Below, one piece after another: positions 27,840 through 32,000 of a stretch of 32,000 nucleotides of DNA (positions within the stretch are counted from its first letter, which is position 1; every line of letters begins with the position of its first letter). The notes beneath the pieces are model-generated. The model did not search any database. It had not been told where the DNA came from and saw only the letters and a list, made by a program, of their open reading frames with translations. The stretch is from Acidothermus cellulolyticus 11B (GTDB taxonomy: Bacteria; Actinomycetota; Actinomycetes; Acidothermales; Acidothermaceae). The position numbers and the translations under genes were made by a program. The stretch lies in contig NC_008578.1 of assembly GCF_000015025.1 (NCBI RefSeq), positions 1,140,001 to 1,172,000 on the forward strand, given 5' to 3'.

Positions 27840-29186
27840 GTGACCGACGCCGTCACTACCGAAGACCTCCGTGCGTTGCGCCGGTTGGACCTCCGGGGCC
27901 GGACGCTGTCGCTGCGTGACCTGCGCGACGCGTTGCCCCGGCCTCGGCTCGACGTCGATGCCGCCGTCGAAGTCGTCCGCCCGATCTGCGCGGAGGTGCG
28001 TGACGGCGGCGCCGCCGCAGCCCGGGAGATCACCAAGAGGCTGGACGGCGTCGAGGCGGCTGCGCTGCGCGTCGACCGAGCCCAGCTGGACGCCGCGGTG
28101 GCTGCGCTGGACGCCGACCTGCGCGCGGCCCTGCTCGCAGCGGCCGACCGGGTCCGCCGCGTGCACGAGGCACAGCGGCCGGCCGATGTGACCATTGCGG
28201 TCGCCGACGGACTGCGGGTGGTCGAGCGGTGGCGTCCGGTCCGGCGGGTCGGCCTGTACGTGCCCGGCGGGCGGGTCGCGTACCCGAGCAGCGTCGTCAT
28301 GAACGTCGTACCGGCACAGGTCGCCGGTGTCGAATCGATCGTCGTCGTCTCCCCGCCGCAGCGGGCCACCGGCGGTCTGCCGCATCCGGCGGTGCTCGCG
28401 GCGTGCGCCCTGCTTGGGGTCACCGAGGTGTACGCCGTCGGCGGGGCGCAAGCCGTCGCGCTGCTTGCCTATGGGAGTGGCGCCGAGCAGGGCGAGCTTG
28501 TCGAACCGGTCGACGTCATCACGGGCCCGGGCAACGTGTACGTCGCCGCAGCAAAGCGGCTGGTCCGCGGACTGGTGGGCATCGACGCCGAAGCAGGCCC
28601 AACCGAGATCGCCATCCTTGCCGATGCGACCGCCGACCCGCACCTCATTGCCGTGGACCTCATCGCCCAGGCGGAACACGACGAGCTGGCGACCTGCCTG
28701 CTCGTCACGACCGACCCTGCGCTCGCCGACCAGGTTGACGAATGGCTGCGCCGGTTGGTGCCCGTGACGCGGCACGTGGACCGGGTCCGCGACGCGCTGC
28801 GCGGCCAAGGCACCGTGGTGCTGGTCGATTCGGTGGACGCCGGGCTCGCCGTCGTCGACGCCTTTGCCGCTGAGCACCTGGAAATTCACACGACGGACGC
28901 CGAGGCGGTTGCCGCCCGGGTCCGCAACGCGGGCGCGATTTTCGTCGGTCCGTTCGCACCGGTGAGTCTGGGTGACTATCTGGCCGGGTCCAACCATGTG
29001 CTCCCAACCGGCGGCACAGCGCGGCACACCGGCGGCCTGTCGGTCTTCTCGTTCCTGCGGATGGTGCACGAGGTTTCCTGCACGGCGGATGCGCTTGCCG
29101 CGGCCGCGCCGGCGATCGATGCGCTGGGTGCGGCCGAGGAGCTGGCCGCGCACGTGGCTGCCGTCCGTGCCCGGGTGGGGCCATGA
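27840..29186 (+). CDS. hisD: Histidinol dehydrogenase
   Basis: I trimmed ORF 27225..29186 to the GTG at 27840. GLYVPGGRVAYPSSVVMNVVPAQVAGV, GPGNVYVAAAKR, IDAEAGPTEIAILAD, AQAEHD and GDYLAGSNHVLPT are near-identical to the actinobacterial HisD blocks as I recall them. Confidence 0.95.
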   Translation: MTDAVTTEDLRALRRLDLRGRTLSLRDLRDALPRPRLDVDAAVEVVRPICAEVRDGGAAAAREITKRLDGVEAAALRVDRAQLDAAVAALDADLRAALLAAADRVRRVHEAQRPADVTIAVADGLRVVERWRPVRRVGLYVPGGRVAYPSSVVMNVVPAQVAGVESIVVVSPPQRATGGLPHPAVLAACALLGVTEVYAVGGAQAVALLAYGSGAEQGELVEPVDVITGPGNVYVAAAKRLVRGLVGIDAEAGPTEIAILADATADPHLIAVDLIAQAEHDELATCLLVTTDPALADQVDEWLRRLVPVTRHVDRVRDALRGQGTVVLVDSVDAGLAVVDAFAAEHLEIHTTDAEAVAARVRNAGAIFVGPFAPVSLGDYLAGSNHVLPTGGTARHTGGLSVFSFLRMVHEVSCTADALAAAAPAIDALGAAEELAAHVAAVRARVGP

Positions 29187-30403
29187 CGACGCCTGACGTC
29201 ACCACCGGGGGCGCTGCTGGGGCCGGCGGTACGGCCCGGCCCGCGCGGGCCGCGGCGGGTTTCACGCCGCCGCTGCGGCTCGATCTGGTCGGTGAGAGAC
29301 CGTACGGCGCTCCGCAACTCGCCGTTCCCGTGCGGTTGAACACCAACGAGAATCCCTACCCGCCGCCGCCGCAGGTGGCCGCCGCAATGGCCGACGAGAT
29401 TCGCCGCATTGCCGCCGGCCTCAACCGGTACCCGGACCGTGAAGCCGCTGTGCTCCGCGCCGATCTTGCTGAATATCTCGCGGCGACCGAGCACGTCAGC
29501 CTGGACGTCGCCCGGATCTGGGCCGCCAACGGGTCCAACGAAATCTTCCACCAGCTGCTGCTCGCGTTCGGTGGACCGGGCCGGCGTGCGCTGAGTTTCG
29601 CCCCGACGTACTCGATGTATCCGCAGTACTGCCGCGACACCTTCACCCGCTATGCCACCGAACCCCGCGGAGCGGATTTCAGCGTGGACACCGAGGCGGC
29701 GTGCGCGGCGGTCCGCCGGCACCGGCCGACCGTGACATTCCTTGCCGCGCCGAACAATCCAACGGGCACGGCGGTCCCCCTCGACACGGTGGCACACCTC
29801 GCGTCCGCGGCCGCGGAGAGCGGGGGATTGCTCGTCGTCGACGAGGCGTACGCCGAATTCCGCCGCCCGGGAACGACCAGCGCGTTGACCCTGCTGGACG
29901 ATTTTCCGAACCTCGTCGTGACCCGGACGATGAGCAAGGCATTTGCCGCCGCCGGCGTCCGGCTGGGGTATCTCGCCGCTCACCCGGCGGTTGTCGACGC
30001 GTTGCGGATTGTCCGGCTGCCGTACCATTTGTCGACGGTTACCCAAGCGGTGGCACGGGTTGCGCTTGCGCACGCGGCGGAATTGCTCGCTCAGGTCGCC
30101 GAGATTCGCGCGGAACGGGACGCCGCCGTCGCCTGGCTGCGGGAATCCGGCTTCACGGCGGCGGAATCGGACGCGAATTTCGTGCTGTTCGGGATTTTCG
30201 CCGATGCGCACCGGGTCTGGCAGGAATTGGTCGACGCCGGCGTGCTCATCCGGGAGACCGGGCCGGACGGTTGGCTGCGGGTGAGCATCGGGACACCGGA
30301 GGAAATGCGCGCTTTCCGCACCGCCTTGGCCGCCGCACCGGCTGCGGGCCGGCGGGTGCGGCGTACCGACGGTGCGCCGCATCAGGAGGGAGGGGTGACG
30401 TGA
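29183..30403 (+). CDS. hisC: Histidinol-phosphate aminotransferase
   Basis: It has [40 protein letters not shown] and [17 protein letters not shown] (PLP lysine). Its ATG overlaps the hisD stop (ATGA). Confidence 0.95.
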   Translation: MTTPDVTTGGAAGAGGTARPARAAAGFTPPLRLDLVGERPYGAPQLAVPVRLNTNENPYPPPPQVAAAMADEIRRIAAGLNRYPDREAAVLRADLAEYLAATEHVSLDVARIWAANGSNEIFHQLLLAFGGPGRRALSFAPTYSMYPQYCRDTFTRYATEPRGADFSVDTEAACAAVRRHRPTVTFLAAPNNPTGTAVPLDTVAHLASAAAESGGLLVVDEAYAEFRRPGTTSALTLLDDFPNLVVTRTMSKAFAAAGVRLGYLAAHPAVVDALRIVRLPYHLSTVTQAVARVALAHAAELLAQVAEIRAERDAAVAWLRESGFTAAESDANFVLFGIFADAHRVWQELVDAGVLIRETGPDGWLRVSIGTPEEMRAFRTALAAAPAAGRRVRRTDGAPHQEGGVT

Positions 30404-31023
30404 TGGACCCGACCGCTTCAGGCCGGCAGGCTCCCCGCAACCCTCGGCAGGCCACGGTCCAGCGGGAAACAAAAGAGACCTCGGTCTCCGTCGCTCTCGT
30501 CGTTGACGGCACCGGCACGGTCGACATCGACACCGGTGTCCCGTTCTACGACCACATGCTTGCCCAGCTTGGCAAGCACGCGGGTTTCGATCTCACCGTC
30601 GTCACTCGCGGTGATCTTGACGTCGACGCCCACCACACTGTCGAGGACACCGCCCTCGCCCTCGGCCAAGCGTTCCGCGAGGCGCTCGGCGACAAGGCGG
30701 GCATCCGCCGGTTCGGCGACGCGCTGGTGCCCCTCGACGAAGCGCTCTGCCAGGTCGCTGTCGACCTCTCGGGGCGGCCGTACCTCGTGCACAGCGAACC
30801 GGAGATGGTCGAACTCATCGGGACGTACGAAACCACGCTGACCCGCCACGTCTGGGAATCCTTTGTCGCGCAGGCGCACATCTGCCTGCACATCCAGGTG
30901 CTGGCCGGGCGGAATGCGCATCACATCAACGAGGTGCAGTTCAAGGCCGTCGCCCGCGCGTTGCGGGACGCCGTCCGCCTGGACGGCGTGGCCGGCGTGC
31001 CGAGCACGAAAGGCGCCCTGTGA
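30403..31023 (+). CDS. hisB: Imidazoleglycerol-phosphate dehydratase
   Basis: It has [42 protein letters not shown], and NAHHINE.QFKA.ARAL. Its ATG overlaps the hisC stop (TGATG). Confidence 0.95.
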   Translation: MDPTASGRQAPRNPRQATVQRETKETSVSVALVVDGTGTVDIDTGVPFYDHMLAQLGKHAGFDLTVVTRGDLDVDAHHTVEDTALALGQAFREALGDKAGIRRFGDALVPLDEALCQVAVDLSGRPYLVHSEPEMVELIGTYETTLTRHVWESFVAQAHICLHIQVLAGRNAHHINEVQFKAVARALRDAVRLDGVAGVPSTKGAL

Positions 31024-31628
31024 AGCCGCGGATCGTGGTGCTCGACTACGGCTCGGGGAACGTCCGTTCCGTGCAACGCGCGCTGCAGCGCATCGGTGCG
31101 GAGGTGACGGTGACGGCGGACGCCGGCGCGGCGCTCGCGGCGGACGGGCTGGTCGTCCCCGGGGTTGGGGCGTTTGCCGCCTGCATGGCGGGAATTGTGC
31201 GGGTCGGCGGCATCGAGGTGCTGCGCAAGCGGCTGGAATCCCGAGCACCCCTCTTCGGCATTTGCGTCGGTTTTCAAGTTCTCTTCGACTACGGCGTGGA
31301 GAGCGGTGTGCGGACCGAGGGATTGGCCTTCTGGTCCGGAGGGGTCGAGCGGTTGGCGGCGGCCGTGCTCCCGCACATGGGATGGAATACCGTTACTGCG
31401 CCGGCAGACACCGTCCTGTTCCGCGGCGTCGGGGCTGAGCGGTTCTATTTCGTGCACTCGTACGCCCCGCACACACCGACAGGCAACGCCGCGCTCACGC
31501 GTTACGAGGACGACGTCTTCGTCTCCGCGGTCGAGGACGGCGTCGTTGTCGGCACCCAATTCCATCCGGAGAAATCCGGTGATGCGGGTGCGGTGGTGTT
31601 GCGGAACTGGATGGAGTCGTGGACGTGA
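31020..31628 (+). CDS. hisH: Imidazole glycerol phosphate synthase, glutamine amidotransferase subunit
   Basis: It has [19 protein letters not shown], the GICVG nucleophile Cys, HSY, and FHPEKSG. Its GTG overlaps the hisB stop (GTGA). Confidence 0.93.
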   Translation: MKPRIVVLDYGSGNVRSVQRALQRIGAEVTVTADAGAALAADGLVVPGVGAFAACMAGIVRVGGIEVLRKRLESRAPLFGICVGFQVLFDYGVESGVRTEGLAFWSGGVERLAAAVLPHMGWNTVTAPADTVLFRGVGAERFYFVHSYAPHTPTGNAALTRYEDDVFVSAVEDGVVVGTQFHPEKSGDAGAVVLRNWMESWT

Positions 31629-32000
31629 CAGGTCTGGAAATCCTCCCGGCGGTCGACGTTGCCGGCGGCCAAGCGGTCCGACTGGTGCAAGGCGCGGCGG
31701 GGACGGAGACCCGCTACGGGTCGCCGCTGGAGGCCGCCCTGGCCTGGCAAGCGGCCGGGGCGCGCTGGATTCACCTCGTCGATTTGGATGCGGCGTTCGG
31801 CCGGGGGTCGAACCGGGAACTCCTTGCGGAGATCGTCGCGCGGGTCGACGTCGCCGTCGAACTCTCCGGCGGCATACGGGACGACGAGTCGCTGCGGGTC
31901 GCGCTGGCCACCGGATGCGCACGGGTGAACATCGGCACCGCCGCCCTGGAAAATCCGGAGTGGGTGCGCCGAGTGGTCGCCGAGTATGGCGAGAAAATCG
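31625..32000 (+). CDS. priA: Phosphoribosyl isomerase A (HisA/PriA), N-terminal part. The 3' end lies outside the window.
   Basis: Hand translation from the GTG at 31625 (GTGA overlap with hisH) gives [67 protein letters not shown]...GGIRD. The frame is open to the window end and is not listed in the ORF track. Confidence 0.9.
   Translation, partial: MTGLEILPAVDVAGGQAVRLVQGAAGTETRYGSPLEAALAWQAAGARWIHLVDLDAAFGRGSNRELLAEIVARVDVAVELSGGIRDDESLRVALATGCARVNIGTAALENPEWVRRVVAEYGEKI

Noticed and set aside
27684-31922. Large minus-strand ORFs (489, 498, 276 and 333 aa) across the his operon
   Set aside because: They are antisense to hisD, hisC, hisB and hisH, all confidently identified. They are Arg/Pro-rich with no motifs.

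Overview
This is a GC-rich window with strong G/C third-position bias, and its gene content and order look like chromosomal Actinomycetota DNA. I found no rRNA, tRNA, CRISPR array, integrase or transposase.

Gene order, left to right:
- 3' end of an RluA/RluD-type pseudouridine synthase, then an ACT-domain protein and a YjbQ-family protein.
- A translationally coupled biotin operon: bioB, a 57-codon Cys-rich ORF missing from the ORF track (BsaP-like), bioA and a cytochrome P450.
- An accessory-looking block of about 14 kb:
  - a Gfo/Idh/MocA oxidoreductase;
  - a tightly coupled minus-strand operon (divergent M24 hydrolase, amidohydrolase, bicupin, SDR) facing a divergent PuuR-like XRE-cupin regulator;
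  - a beta-hydroxyacid dehydrogenase divergent from a 2-oxoacid dehydrogenase E1-alpha/E1-beta pair, which is followed only by a free-standing lipoyl domain;
  - a ribose-type sugar ABC importer.
- bioD and bioF on the minus strand, then dnaE (Pol III alpha), an ABC-2 exporter pair and a Pro-rich membrane protein.
- hisD-hisC-hisB-hisH-priA(hisA), with the last gene truncated at the window edge.

The points most worth follow-up are:
- the P450 fused into the biotin operon, a possible BioI-like pimelate source;
- the unlisted small zinc-ribbon ORF between bioB and bioA;
- the E1-alpha/beta plus orphan lipoyl carrier with no E2 catalytic domain or E3;
- the regulator-linked M24/amidohydrolase/bicupin/SDR operon of unknown substrate;
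- several exact short direct repeats in intergenic DNA, two of which share a 71-bp spacing.

Many long ORFs in the track are antisense shadows of real genes, as expected in high-GC DNA, and I rejected them.
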